Below are positions 25,494 to 37,619 of a stretch of DNA of 64,000 bases, one piece after another; within the stretch, counting starts at the first letter, position 1, and every line of letters begins with the position of its first letter. Source of the DNA: Octopus sinensis (taxonomy: Eukaryota). The translations under genes and the position numbers were made by a program. The stretch lies in assembly GCF_006345805.1 (NCBI RefSeq), contig NC_042999.1:33852001-33916000 (forward strand), written 5' to 3'. The notes under the pieces are model-generated. The model saw only the letters and a list, made by a program, of their open reading frames with translations. It did not search any database and had not been told where the DNA came from.

Positions 25494-25649
25494 GTGTGTG
25501 TGTGTGTGTGTATACATATATGTATATATATATATATGTATACACACACACACATGCACAAACACACACACAAAGATAAATTGATAGATACAACTGAGTG
25601 GGAAAACAAAAATATGAGACACTCCGTAGTGCTTTTTTATATTTTGATA

Positions 25650-25952
25650 AGCCTGGTACTTATTCTATCAGTTTCTTCGTGTGAAACCAGTAAGTTATGG
25701 GGATGTAAATAAATGAACACCAGTTGCGAAGCGGTGATGCTGGAGAAACAGGAAACACACACATAGACTTACATCTATACATACATATACATATTTTGAT
25801 TTCTTTCAGTTTCTGTCAACAAAATTCACTGACCGGGATTTGGTTGGTCTCAGGCTATAGCAGAAGACACATGCCAAGTTACCACACAGTAGGACTGAAC
25901 TGAGAACCATGTGTTTTGGAATCAAGTTTGTTACCACACAGCCACACCTGCA
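25650..25952 (-). mobile_element. Old SINE A-related copy
   Basis: Contains ggctatagcagaagacacatgccaag...ttaccacacagccacacctgc. Confidence 0.75.
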
Positions 25953-26147
25953 CTTATGTATGTGTGTGTGTATGGGTGTATATAAGTATGCATATATATA
26001 TATATGTGTGTGTATATATATATGTGTACATATTACATGTACATCTATATATATATATATACATCTAGACATACATGTATACACATACATGTATATCTAT
26101 AGAAATACATCTATACATATACAGCTATACATGTATACATATACATC

Positions 26148-26215
<68 letters not shown>

Positions 26216-26229
26216 TATATATATACGTC

Positions 26230-26470
26230 CATATACATTCAATAGAGAGATGATTTTGTTTCACTTGTAACACGTAATACTGAAATAGTGGAGATGTTAT
26301 ATTGCTGTGGGCTCGCCCAAGGCAAGAAGTTAATTCTTTTTTTGCCCATGAATCTACATGGCCCCTAAGTAAGGCATGTGTAAAATTTGAATGAAATTGG
26401 TTGTGTAGTTCTCAAGTTTTAAGGGATTCACACAGACAGACAGACACACATTCTCAGTTTTATACATACA
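26230..26470 (-). mobile_element. HINE/DINE-1-like fragment
   Basis: Minus strand reads tataaaactgagaatgtgtgtctgtctgtctg...caaccaatttcattcaaatttt, a typical HINE core arrangement. Confidence 0.5.
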
Positions 26471-26473
26471 CAG

Positions 26474-26509
<36 letters not shown>

Positions 26510-26551
26510 ATATACACGTATATTGATATGTATAAATATATATGTGTGCGC

Positions 26552-26584
<33 letters not shown>

Positions 26585-26963
26585 TGTGAGTGTGCGTGCA
26601 TCTGTGTACAAGTATGTGTATTCATGTATGTGTGTGTGCAAGCGTGTGTGTATGGATGGTTGAATCCGGTTACCAGTTTGAATATTCAGTTGTTCGATCC
26701 AATCAATTCGTTGTTCATTGCGGTTGTATGTAAATGTACAAGCGTTGTAGAGATACGTTAACTCAATATCATTGTCAGCCAGATTCAGCGTAAGTCAATG
26801 CTTCACTAGGCTGCGCGATTGAATTACAGATATAATCTAATACATCCAAGAATATTCTATACGCTTACTTTGCAGACATTCCATTTGCACTATATAGGTC
26901 GGCCGATGCGACAGAAAATGACGTCTGTCCTTCATCCCATTCCGTGTACCTATGCGTACATGA

Positions 26964-27011
<48 letters not shown>

Positions 27012-27263
27012 GTGTACGTGCGTGTGTAAATATAATTCTACTCACGCATGCACGCACAGGCACATATATGTATTTTCATATATAAGCATATGTATATGTA
27101 TATGTACAATTATATTTGCATATGCATATATGTATGTAAGAATGTATATACATATATACATAATACCAGGGTAAGCACATAAATGAGACAAAAGGAGGGA
27201 AAATAGTGCTCGAATACCCCAGAGGTAAATAATAAGCGTAATTAAAAGCAGCGAAAATTAAAA

Positions 27264-27315
27264 AAAAAAACTGTTACTCAGAATTTCAAGTTTCCGATCG
27301 TTGGACAGTTTTGTT
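27264..27315 (-). ncRNA. Degenerate type I hammerhead motif (same family as 36484)
   Basis: Reads aacaaaactgt CCAACGA tcggaaactt GAAA TTCTGAG TA acagtttt, with a long stem I. Confidence 0.5.
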
Positions 27316-27783
27316 TAGAATTGAACCAAAATAAGGTTTTAAGCAAATTTGTTCAATAAATACGCATTAGAAAATGGTTTTGTTTCATTCGTCCTTTCAA
27401 CTAACAGTCTTTTTAATGACCGGTTGCATGCAATAACAAAATTCGGTATAAAGTCATCTTATTAAAAATAGCAGAAATCATTAAATCAAAAATAGTTTAT
27501 TAAGTAAGACAGAGCTTGAATTTCCAGGGTAAATACTTAGCTGTAAAACATTAATCAAGTGATACATTAAAAGTTATATATGTTGAAAAAACATCATGCT
27601 ACATTACGTAGACATTTGGCAGTATATACACATAGCAAAACATCTATAATATACATATATACACTAACATACAGAGGCATGCAGATTTATATATATTATA
27701 TATATATATATATATATAATATATATATAATATATATATATACCGACACACACACACACACCACACGAACACACACACACACA

Positions 27784-27835
<52 letters not shown>

Positions 27836-27958
27836 ATATATAAAAATTTAGCAATTAAGGACAACTACTTAATAAGGAAAACTTAACAAGAAATTGTCAG
27901 GTAGAGAAAAAAAATTCGAAAATAATTATTTCTTATTGAACATATTAATTTATATATA

Positions 27959-28279
27959 GAGGGCATTATACATACATGCCAGAGGACATTATACATACAT
28001 GCCATACGCTAAGAGGGACAATTAGTCATTTCTACCAAAAATATTACTAATCCCACCGAATGCAATTTTTCAAAGTAAGACATTTAAAAAATATAGACCT
28101 GTATGAAATCTAGACCTGTATGAAATCACTGTGATACAGGTCTATATTTTTTAAATGTCTTACTTTGAAAAATTGCATTCGGTGGGATTAGTAATATTTT
28201 TGGTAGAAATGACTAATTGTCCCTCTTAGCGTATGGCATGTATGTATAATGCCCTCTGGCATGTATGTATAATGCCCTC
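27959..28279. mobile_element. 321-bp near-perfect palindrome (fold-back of an HHR-element tail, or a MITE)
   Basis: Arms 27959-28104 and 28134-28279 differ by one mismatch, with a 29-nt spacer and TATA on both sides. Homologous to 61547-61691. Confidence 0.85.
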
Positions 28280-28328
<49 letters not shown>

Positions 28329-28329
28329 T

Positions 28330-28424
28330 GAAGACACGGAATATTTCCAGGATTTTGTATTGTATGAGAGTATTTTGTCTCACCTGTATAGCTTGCGAGG
28401 GTGGCTATTTAGAGCAGCTGAAGG
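28330..28424 (-). mobile_element. 95-bp CR1/L2-like LINE RT fragment
   Basis: About 80% identical by eye to 30516-30608. Confidence 0.75.
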
Positions 28425-28439
28425 CTAAGGTTTTATCCC

Positions 28440-28504
<65 letters not shown>

Positions 28505-28554
28505 GTCTTACTTTGAAAAATATATATACATACATACGTACATACGTATATGTA

Positions 28555-29683
28555 TAAGGTTTTATCCTGACAATTCTTTGTTTTACAATATTAAAGAGTT
28601 ACATCATCAATTTTCGAAATGCAATTCATGGCGACTGATTATGTTGTGAGTGTTCACTTGTTAATCAATTTTTTTAACCCTTTGATAGATCAAAATTTCG
28701 TGTTGTTTAGTAATATGAGTTCCGTCGTGCGACTAATGAATGCCAGATAGCTTCAAACATCAATGACGTATCTGGTGAAGATGTGATGAATGAGTGAACA
28801 GTACGTAAATGGTTTGAGTAGTTTCGGTCTGGTGACTTTACTATTGAAAATCATACCTGTGGTAAACCTGAGACTATGGCGAATGATGATGAGCTGGAAA
28901 CTGTAGTGGAAGCAGATATATCTCAAACTACGTATGAGTTAGCAGTAAGATTTAATGATTCGATTCGACCTGTATTGGACCATCTGAAACAAACCGGCAT
29001 GGTAAAGAAACTGGACTAGTCGGTAGCATACGAATTGAAAGAGCCTCAAACTTTAAACTTTAAACTTGCCGTTCTTTGCTGTCACAGTATAAAAGCGAAC
29101 CACGTTTGCATCGTATGGTGAAAAATGGATTCATTTCAACAATAGCCAGCGTTCTGCAGGGTGGTTGGATAGAGCCGAAGTGACAAAACACAATCCCAAA
29201 AATAATATTCAGCAAATAAAGGTAATGGTGTCTGGTCGGTGGTCCAGCGCTGGTGTCATCTATTACATCTTCATGAGACCTTGTAGGTCAATTACAGCGG
29301 ATGTATCTATCAACCAACTGGATGCAAGGGTGAGCGAACTTGCACTTAAACAACCCAGATTGGTCAATACAGACAAGACAATTCTCTTTCAAGACAACGC
29401 TTGACCACATATTGCACAAAGAATGCTACTCAAGTTACAAGAACTGAACTTGGAAGTACTCTGTCATCCATTATTTTCACCAGACATTTTGCCAACTGAC
29501 TATCACGTTTTGCCGTCATTAGACAACATTTTGCAAGGAGGTAAGTTCAAATTAAAGGATGCTAAAACAGCCTTTCGTGCTTTCATCACCTCTTGCACAC
29601 CAGAACTCTTTGCTGTCAGCATTGATAAGCTACCGATAACATGGCAAAATTGTGTTGATAATTTAGGTGCATACTTTTATTAA
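28555..29683 (+). mobile_element. Mariner transposase pseudogene, same family as 8816-10263
   Basis: Colinear with the first copy. Translation gives DDELETVVEAD, KVMVSGRWSSAGVIYYIFM, FQDNA*PH, LFSPDILPTDYHVL and DKLPITWQNCVDNLGAYF. Confidence 0.9.
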
Positions 29684-29699
29684 ATGACCTGCTGGGTTA

Positions 29700-30990
29700 C
29701 CACCGTTGGCTGTGCTACACCATATGATATGTGACATTTGATAAATGACGGAATTTGATACTTCTGCTCCCATCTGTGTTCCCTGCCGTTAGGTAGGGTC
29801 ATCTAGAACACTGATAGGAGTTCAACCAGTTTTGTTTTGAAGAACACTACATCTAAACTATGTAGAGCTTGGAACGATATTGAAGACCTGTGTGCCCTTG
29901 AAGCCCAAGCTGTTGTAGTATCTTATCCTGCATTTCGATGGCGATGCTGAAATCTTTGGCACTGTGCAGTGGCGCCCCATTCTGCTGTTTGTGTAACTTT
30001 CAAAGCCAAAGTTTGGTATAAGACAGGTTTCCAGATATATATTACTGTATATCTCGCTCACCTTCGTTCTATGGAGATGAGTTTTAACTCATTCAGCGTT
30101 TCCCAGGAGCTGATATATTGCATTGTGACAATATTCCTTGCAATTCTGGGATTTCTTCGTGTTCCGCCGTTAATTTTATACTGTGTGGTGACCATAGTTG
30201 GTAGCATTATTCAAAGCGGCTGAGGACCTCCAGCGAACGATACTAGTTTCCTCTTCTCTCGTTCTGGAAATTCGGAGGATCCATCTAGCTTGCTATCTAC
30301 ATCTTATTACTAAAATAGTAATATGCATCTCGAAAGGTGCATGATTACTCATGTCAATACCCAGGTCACGCATTGATTTTGATTCAGGGATTGCAAATAT
30401 CCTGTCTGAATGTCGTTAAGTTTTGTGTGCTGGTAGTGCAGGGATTCGAATATTCCTGCTTTAAATTTCATGTTATTGTCCTCAGCTCACCTGTATATTG
30501 CGGCCAACTACCGCTGAAGATGCGCAATATTTCCAGGATTTTGCATTAACTGAGAGCTTTTGTGTCATCTGTATAGCTTGCAAGGGTTGCTATTTCAGCA
30601 GCTGAAGGTATACCTAAGAAGGCCGTTATAAATAGCAGTTGCCTTTAGACTAATGTCCTGTAGAACACTACTTACTATTTGTGTTTCCTTTCAGGTGGCT
30701 CCATTGGTAACCATTGCCTAATATCTACCTTCTAGAAAGTCGGGTAGCCACTCTCCAGCTTTTCCAACTATGCCGATATCACGCAATTTGTGACACATCG
30801 TACCACGGTCGACATTCGCAAAGGCTTTAGCAAAGTCGATATATATATCACAACCACTCACGAGTGCTTTGGCAGGTGTTTTAACACCACGTCGTAATGT
30901 TTTAAGAGTTGCGTCAGGGAGCTTCTACCTGATCAAAATCCATGCTGAGTGTTAGTCAGCTTGTAATTTACGTTAAGGATGACGATTAGG
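29700..30990 (-). mobile_element. CR1/L2-clade LINE, 3' RT fragment
   Basis: Translation AKAFANVDRGTMCHKLRDIGIVGKAGEWLPDFL, SYTDDTK and NNMKF. Confidence 0.8.
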
Positions 30991-31166
30991 TCCTTCCGGA
31001 CTATTTTTTCCATGATTCTACAGTGTGATTTTGCAGTGTAACCTTCAACATCTTCTCTGCTCCCCCCTTTGTGGATAGGGTATAATTGTTCTTCCCATTT
31101 TGCTTTTTATGTTAATATATGTCCACACACACACATACACACCCATATATATATACTTATATCTAT

Positions 31167-31213
<47 letters not shown>

Positions 31214-31239
31214 ATATATAATATATATATATATATTAC

Positions 31240-31500
31240 ATATATATAAAATCCGTTCTGTCTGTCTGTGTGTGTATCTTCTAGGATCTCGGGCATCCTC
31301 CATCTGATGGCGCTCAAATTTGATATGTAGATACCGACGGTATCAGGACATGTATAAGTCTTGAAGAAATTACCAAAATCGATTCCAAGTGAGAGTGCAA
31401 TGGATAAAGCCGTGGGAACGTGCATTTTTATTCGCAAGTACATCAGCTGTTGCAATTGATACTACGCGTACGCGAGAAAAATGCACGGTATCTCAAATTT
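31240..31500 (+). mobile_element. HINE/DINE-1-like fragment
   Basis: Reads tatataaaatccgttctgtctgtctgtgtg...ctcaaatttgatatg. Confidence 0.45.
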
Positions 31501-31622
31501 AGGTTAAAGCAGTGCTTCTCTAAGAGGAGGCCTATGGGACGGTCGGACAAGTTGTTTTGAGAAAATTTGGTTTAAACTTTTGACAACTCAGCACCGTCCT
31601 TTGGACGGGGGCCGTTTTGCTC

Positions 31623-31726
<104 letters not shown>

Positions 31727-31762
31727 GTAGTTATGTGTGGGGGGTGCGTGCGTCTGTGCATG

Positions 31763-31797
<35 letters not shown>

Positions 31798-32164
31798 GAG
31801 TGTCAAAATACAGAAATAACAGTACACCGATTAGGTGCTCTAACTTTAATTGCTCGCTATGAATAAATGTTGGTTTATGAATAATAGAATGAAATTTGAA
31901 CATGCAGTTGCAGGGCATCCAATTAATTTGTAAGTTATTTATCCAACATATTCAAGAGAGTGGGATTATATAGTTAGACATATATAAATATATAGCCAGA
32001 AACCAGGAGATATAAGAAAAGTGGAAAGTCATATTCATTCGGCGTAGCCCGGTACAATCCAGGATGAGTTAAAACAGAATATTGTTCTGCACACATGTAC
32101 ATATACATATGAAAGCATACATGTCTATCTAGGTATATATTCTGTGTCTTCGTGGTTTGTGTAT

Positions 32165-32410
32165 TAGGTTCACGATCGTAAAGTGAGTTCAATTCCTGGC
32201 GGTGTGTTGTGTCCTTGAGCAAGACCCTTTATTTCACGTTGCTCCGATTCACTCAGTTGGCGAAGATGAGTAGAACCTGTAATTCAAATAGACAGCCTTG
32301 TCACATGCGGTGCTACGCTGAATTTCCCTGAGAACTAGGTTAAGTGTACATGCATCTTTGGATAGCTCAGCGACTTGCACGCTCATTTCACGAGGAGGCT
32401 GTTTCGATGA
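32165..32410 (+). mobile_element. Diverged SINE family C
   Basis: Contains gagttcaattcctggcgg...gtgtccttgagcaagacc...cacgttgctcc. Confidence 0.75.
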
Positions 32411-32457
32411 TCCCTTGAAATCGGAACCGTCATACATATTCATATACATACACACAT

Positions 32458-32650
32458 ACGAAGGGTGCTGAAACGTTCTTGGCTTTCGGTAAAGGACAAT
32501 ACGTGAGGATCAGTTAATTTCGATTTTATTCAACATATTCCCATCTTTGATTCACACTATTGCAGCGGTCCTTTAAATTTTCTATGTTCTGTAAAAGAAC
32601 TTGGGGCGGTTTGAACCTCTACCCAGACCTTTTACGAGACCTTAAGATCG
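32458..32650 (-). mobile_element. Mariner 3' end with TIR
   Basis: tacgaagggtgctgaaacgttcttggcttt is TIR-like. The minus strand encodes a decayed mariner C-terminus. Confidence 0.55.
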
Positions 32651-32787
32651 TGTACACATACACACACACACACGCTCGCACGTATGCACACACACGTTCG
32701 CATGTATGCGCACACACGCTCACACGTATGCACACACACATACACACACACATATATATAATGTAAATTCAATTATACAAACTATGT

Positions 32788-33170
32788 GGAGGCGCAATGG
32801 TCCAGTGGTTAGGGCAGCGGACTCGCGGCCGTAGGATCGCGGTTTCGATTCCCAGACCGGACGTTGCGAGTGTGTATTGAGCGAAAACACCTAAAGATCC
32901 ACGAGGCTCCGGCAGGGGATGGTGGTGATTCCTGCTGTACTCTTTCACCACAACTTTCTCTCACTCTCACTTCCTGTTTCTGTTGTACCTGTATTTCAAA
33001 GGACCGGCCTTGTCACTCTCTGTGAGACGCTGAATATCCCCGAGAACTACGTTAAGGGTACACGTGTCTGTGGAGTGCTCAGCCACTTCCACGTTAATTT
33101 CACGAGCAAGCTGTTCCGTTGATTCAGATCAACCGGAACCCTCGTCGTCGTAACCGACGGAGTGCTTCCA
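32788..33170 (+). mobile_element. tRNA-derived SINE sharing its 3' tail with family C
   Basis: Box A tggtccagtgg at 32798 and box B ggtttcgattccc at 32841. Tail gaaccctcgtcgtcgtaaccgacggagt is shared with 62341-62500 and 45130-45237. Confidence 0.88.
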
Positions 33171-34044
33171 TCCATACAGACTATAGCGTAATGATGTTTA
33201 GGTGGCATAATACAACATCGCATTACATTGTTATAATATGTAAATAATTAGGTTTTATTGTGCATGATGATGTTTCAGATTACATTGCAGATAAATTTCA
33301 TACTTTGTTTTTCGCATGCAAAAATGCTAATATTCTTAACACATTCTCCTATAATAAATTATCAAAGTGTACGTTGATTTTTAACTGAATTTCCCTTCTC
33401 CTTTAAAAAGAAATTTCATTTACCGATCTTGATATAAATCACAATGTAATTATGTGATATAAAATATATGATTTCTAATATGCAGATTGTAACTGATACT
33501 TTGTTCTTCAACCTGTATGCATACATGCCGCCCAAAAGAATTATAAGAAACATTATATGTTAAAGAACCTTTGTTCTTACGCGATACGTATTTGTGATAT
33601 TATCCTAAAATGATAAGCTATTTTAACTATATTTTACAAAAATATAGTTGTGTGTCTAATTATACTAATTTTTATGCAGTAGTTTCAATATGCCAAGAAT
33701 AATTCTTCGCTAATTAGAGATGTTTCAGTATTTAACTTGATTTCCTTTTAAATAATAATTGGATAATAGTGATGACTAACTAGTCATCCTATATCTAACA
33801 ATGTTTAAATTTACTTGACAGTTGCTATTAAATCCTTTTCGTGCCGCACAAATTTTATGATATCTAAAAGAGAAATTAATTGCGATGCGGAACAATATTG
33901 ATTATGTATATATACACCTAAATACATACGTACATACATACATATAGACATATATACATACATGAAAGCATGCATACACCCATACACGCACGCACACATA
34001 CATATATACATACATACACACATACCTACACGCACGCAAACATA

Positions 34045-35510
34045 TACATATATAGACTGTTTCCGCTATATTACTGATGAGGAATGTTGTAGGTATCTAG
34101 GAGTGGATGAAAACATACCTTACAGTGGGACCTCTAACGAAACGCGTGTCACTGAAGAATATTACAGTCGACTAAAGAAAATTTGATCCTCGAAACTCTC
34201 TGCATTCAATAAAACAGTGGACCACAATGTTTTTGCAGTGCCAATGTTCATACCAACATCTGGGCTGCTTGACCGGATGTTTGATGAGATCCGATTCATT
34301 GATCTGAAAACCCGGGAAATACTAACAAGCACACATAATTTCCCCATAAACAGTAACGTAGATCGCCACTACCTAAAACGTAAACAAGGCGGTAGATGTT
34401 TAACATAGATACAAAATGCCTTTGGAAGTCGTAACGTATCTCTTCGGCAACATCCTGTAACCACCAAGTGTTGAAGTGCATCTCTTGCCCAAGTTTGCAT
34501 ACATGAGGCTAACATCATAAGAATTGGACGGCAGCTCATTGAGCAGCATTTCTTGTCTGATAACCTTATATACATGCCTAAAGAAGTTGCACGGCTCTAC
34601 CACAAATTACCCTTTTCTTCTCTAGACACAAGATCCGAAATCTTTCTGGAACGGGCTAGTCAATTAGAACGACCCCAGTACGCAACTGATACTTAATTTA
34701 TCCAACCCGAAAAGATGAAAGGCAAAGTCGACCTCGGTCGATCTACCGCATAGTATCATCAGATTAAAGGACGAGCATGTATGAGCAGAAGACCATGCAC
34801 AGTAAGGTTAGCCAATCATCGAACAACAACCGAAATATTACATGCCACATTGAAGAGTAAGGGTTTGCAATCCAGTACCAGAAAATATGAACCAAAAATC
34901 TGATACATAAAAGAGACAGAGATGCAGGAAAAACAGTAAAATGTGGCAAGTGATGCAGCCTTTGTGGAGTTAACACGGAAGCTATCATCCACATCATAAG
35001 CAGTTGTCCAAAACTATCATCACGGTATTATCTCCACATGAGATATTATGCTAGAGTTAGGACACTGTATAACAAGATACGTCGAACGCATAACACAGAG
35101 GACAGGGAAATAAACAACCAAAGTACAGTGCAAGCCACAGGCACCCATAATAAAAATGGAGTACTGGTGAAAACCTTAATAAAATGAAAAACAATAGACC
35201 TCATATAATGATTTGGGACAGAGAAGAGAAACTGTGTAAAAGTTGTGGAAATCAGTTGCCCAGCGGATGATAACATAACGGTGAAGATCAGGGAAAAAGA
35301 AAATACATACGCTGAACTATTGAGGAATCTGCAGTTACTCTGATCAGATTACTAGTTCAGCGTTATACCTGTAATTATTGGGGCACTGAGATATGTAATA
35401 CACTGCCAAAATACGAATCTTAAGAAATTCGGCTTCTCAAAACCAGAAAAAACTGATTCGAGGACTACAGATCCAATTCATCATTGGAATTGTACAAATC
35501 CGTATATATA
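34045..35510 (+). mobile_element. R4/Dong-like RLE LINE, 3' part (interrupted by a SINE B piece at ~34650-34742)
   Basis: Translation RYLGVDENI, DLKTREILT...VDRHYLKRKQGGR, zinc knuckle CSLCGVNTEAIIHIISSC, and RLE motif NNRPHIMIWDREEKLCKVVEISCPADDNI...EKENTY. Confidence 0.85.
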
Positions 35511-35624
35511 TATATGAGAATATCTAGATATGCAAGTATGAATGTGAAGACATACATAAAGCAAAACATACTAATCTACACGTGTACATACATACATACA
35601 TACATATATTACATAATACAGTTG

Positions 35625-35710
35625 ACGTTGAAATTCCGACGAAGGAGGTTTAGATCTGGTTTAGAAACCGGTTCTGTCTCTATTGGCGAGAAAGCTTGAA
35701 ATAAAACTGA
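35625..35710 (+). ncRNA. Hammerhead-like motif followed by AATAAA
   Basis: CCGACGA at 35636, GAA ACCGGT T at 35664 and AATAAA at 35700. Stems I and II are not recoverable. Confidence 0.35.
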
Positions 35711-36483
35711 ATAATGACATACATGCTAATGTATGTGTGCGGGTGTGTTTGTGTGTGGTATATATATATATTTATCTACTAACATTTTTTGAAGCAGTAG
35801 AATTACTAAAAGCTAGGTTTCGAGCGTTGGCACTTGAACCATTATGTTGCTTTTACTAAATAATAATAAATAATATGCATATATCATATTCTAAATCGTA
35901 TTTTTCCTGTTTACATCACCAATCCTATAATTCCATTCTACATACACTGCAACACAGCAAACCCGGCTACTAACCGATACGAGAAAACATTACAACCTTC
36001 TATTTTTAACTGAAAGTTGTTTTTTATACCTTGTAAGAATTGCTCGAAGGTTATTTAAGAAACAGAGAATGAACAAGCAAAACATTTCAGAACATTCAAA
36101 TTATAATTTCAATATAGTGCAGGTTATTTGCAATAAATACTTTAGTATGAAATATAGGCGTTAACTCTATATGGTTGTTGCAAAATAGTTGAGAACGTGG
36201 GGCATATATTGCTGAGTAAAGTTTCGCGTAAGATAATTATGACGTTACTAGAAATAAATAGTAACTTTTGTTATCTTTAAAGAGTAACTCCTACATGTAT
36301 TTTAACCAAAGATTCGATGTAAGGTTTTTCCTCGACTTTTATAATTTTATATTTTATATTGAACTCATTTTTGTTTATCGCTCGAATATGACCGTTATTT
36401 GAAAGGACCATTCAAACAAGTCCATTTTTAAAGGTGTAACGTTTATACTAGTCTTGATAGAATTGTCATATCGGTTCTATTTT

Positions 36484-36536
36484 AACAAAACTGTCCGACA
36501 ATCGGGAACGTGAAACTCCGAGTAACAAGTTTTGTT
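36484..36536 (+). ncRNA. Type I hammerhead motif with mutated core
   Basis: Reads aacaaaactgt CCGACAA tcg-ggaa-cgt GAAA CTCCGAG TA ac(a)agttttgtt. Stem I is 11 bp with one bulge; AATAAA at 36555 and (TA)n from 36562. Confidence 0.6.
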
Positions 36537-36561
36537 TAATTTCTGGTGCTTTTAAATAAAG

Positions 36562-36640
<79 letters not shown>

Positions 36641-36843
36641 TATATATATATATATATATATAATTATTTATATATACATGCACACACATACATACACATA
36701 TATATATACATATATATATATATATACATATGCATATGTATATATATGTATGTATATAAATATATATGTGTATATGTATATATAAGTATGAATGTATGTA
36801 TCTATATATATATAATATATACATATGTATATGTATACACAAG

Positions 36844-36909
<66 letters not shown>

Positions 36910-36940
36910 ATGAGAAGGTATATATAAATATATATAAATA
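36562..36940. repeat. Long compound TA/CATA microsatellite
   Basis: Seen directly in the sequence. Confidence 0.95.
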
Positions 36941-36949
36941 AAAACAAGG

Positions 36950-37540
36950 TAAAAGTTATATTTTTCATTCCTTTTGAAAATTGCTCCTAAAATATGGTTG
37001 TGGTCGTTTTGACTGCTTCTTCTAGCGTGTAAAAATTGCCTCCTAAAGGTAGTTTTCTCTTCTGTTTTATATTCATAATTTGTTGTCTATTGACTCTTTA
37101 TACATGCTAGGCCACTGGTGGTGAAACTTCTAAAAATATTCATTACCCTATATAATTCTACGAATGTGACCTCAGCTTTTCGCATTTCGGTTCGGCAGTT
37201 GTCATTTTACTGCCCACCGAAGCTGCACTTGAGCGATGAATTTTTAAAAAATTATAACATGTAATGATAAGTCACGTGTTATTTGTCTCCAAATTATATG
37301 TAAATTGTTAAGACACGATTACTGATGAGGATTCACCTAGCAAATTATTTTATTTGCTAAAATAATAGGAAACCTAGGTATGGCTGTAAAAGTTTCTATT
37401 TTTCATTCCCTTCGAAAATTGCTCTTAAAATGTGGTTTTAGTCGTTTTTACTGCTTCTTCTAGCGAGTAAAATTTACCTATTAAATTTAGTTTTTTTTCT
37501 TGTGTTTTAATGTATACTTTTTTATATTGAGAATTTGTTG

Positions 37541-37545
<5 letters not shown>
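36950..37545 (+). mobile_element. HHR-containing ~438-nt partially tandem unit
   Basis: 36961-37095 is repeated at 37399-37543. HHR core at 37322-37380; the unit ends in (TA)n. Confidence 0.55.
37316..37386 (+). ncRNA. Type I hammerhead motif, core intact
   Basis: Reads CTGATGA (37322) ... tagcaaat/atttgcta 8-bp hairpin ... GAA ACCTAGGT A (37369-37380). Stem I and the base of stem II are decayed. Confidence 0.55.
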
Positions 37546-37582
<37 letters not shown>

Positions 37583-37619
37583 AAAATAGTAAAGTGTGAA
37601 AAAACGACAGAAGGCTTTC

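Noticed and set aside
32788-32860. Possible tRNA gene
   Set aside because: It has boxes A and B but runs directly into a SINE body and a shared tail, with no clean acceptor stem or terminator.
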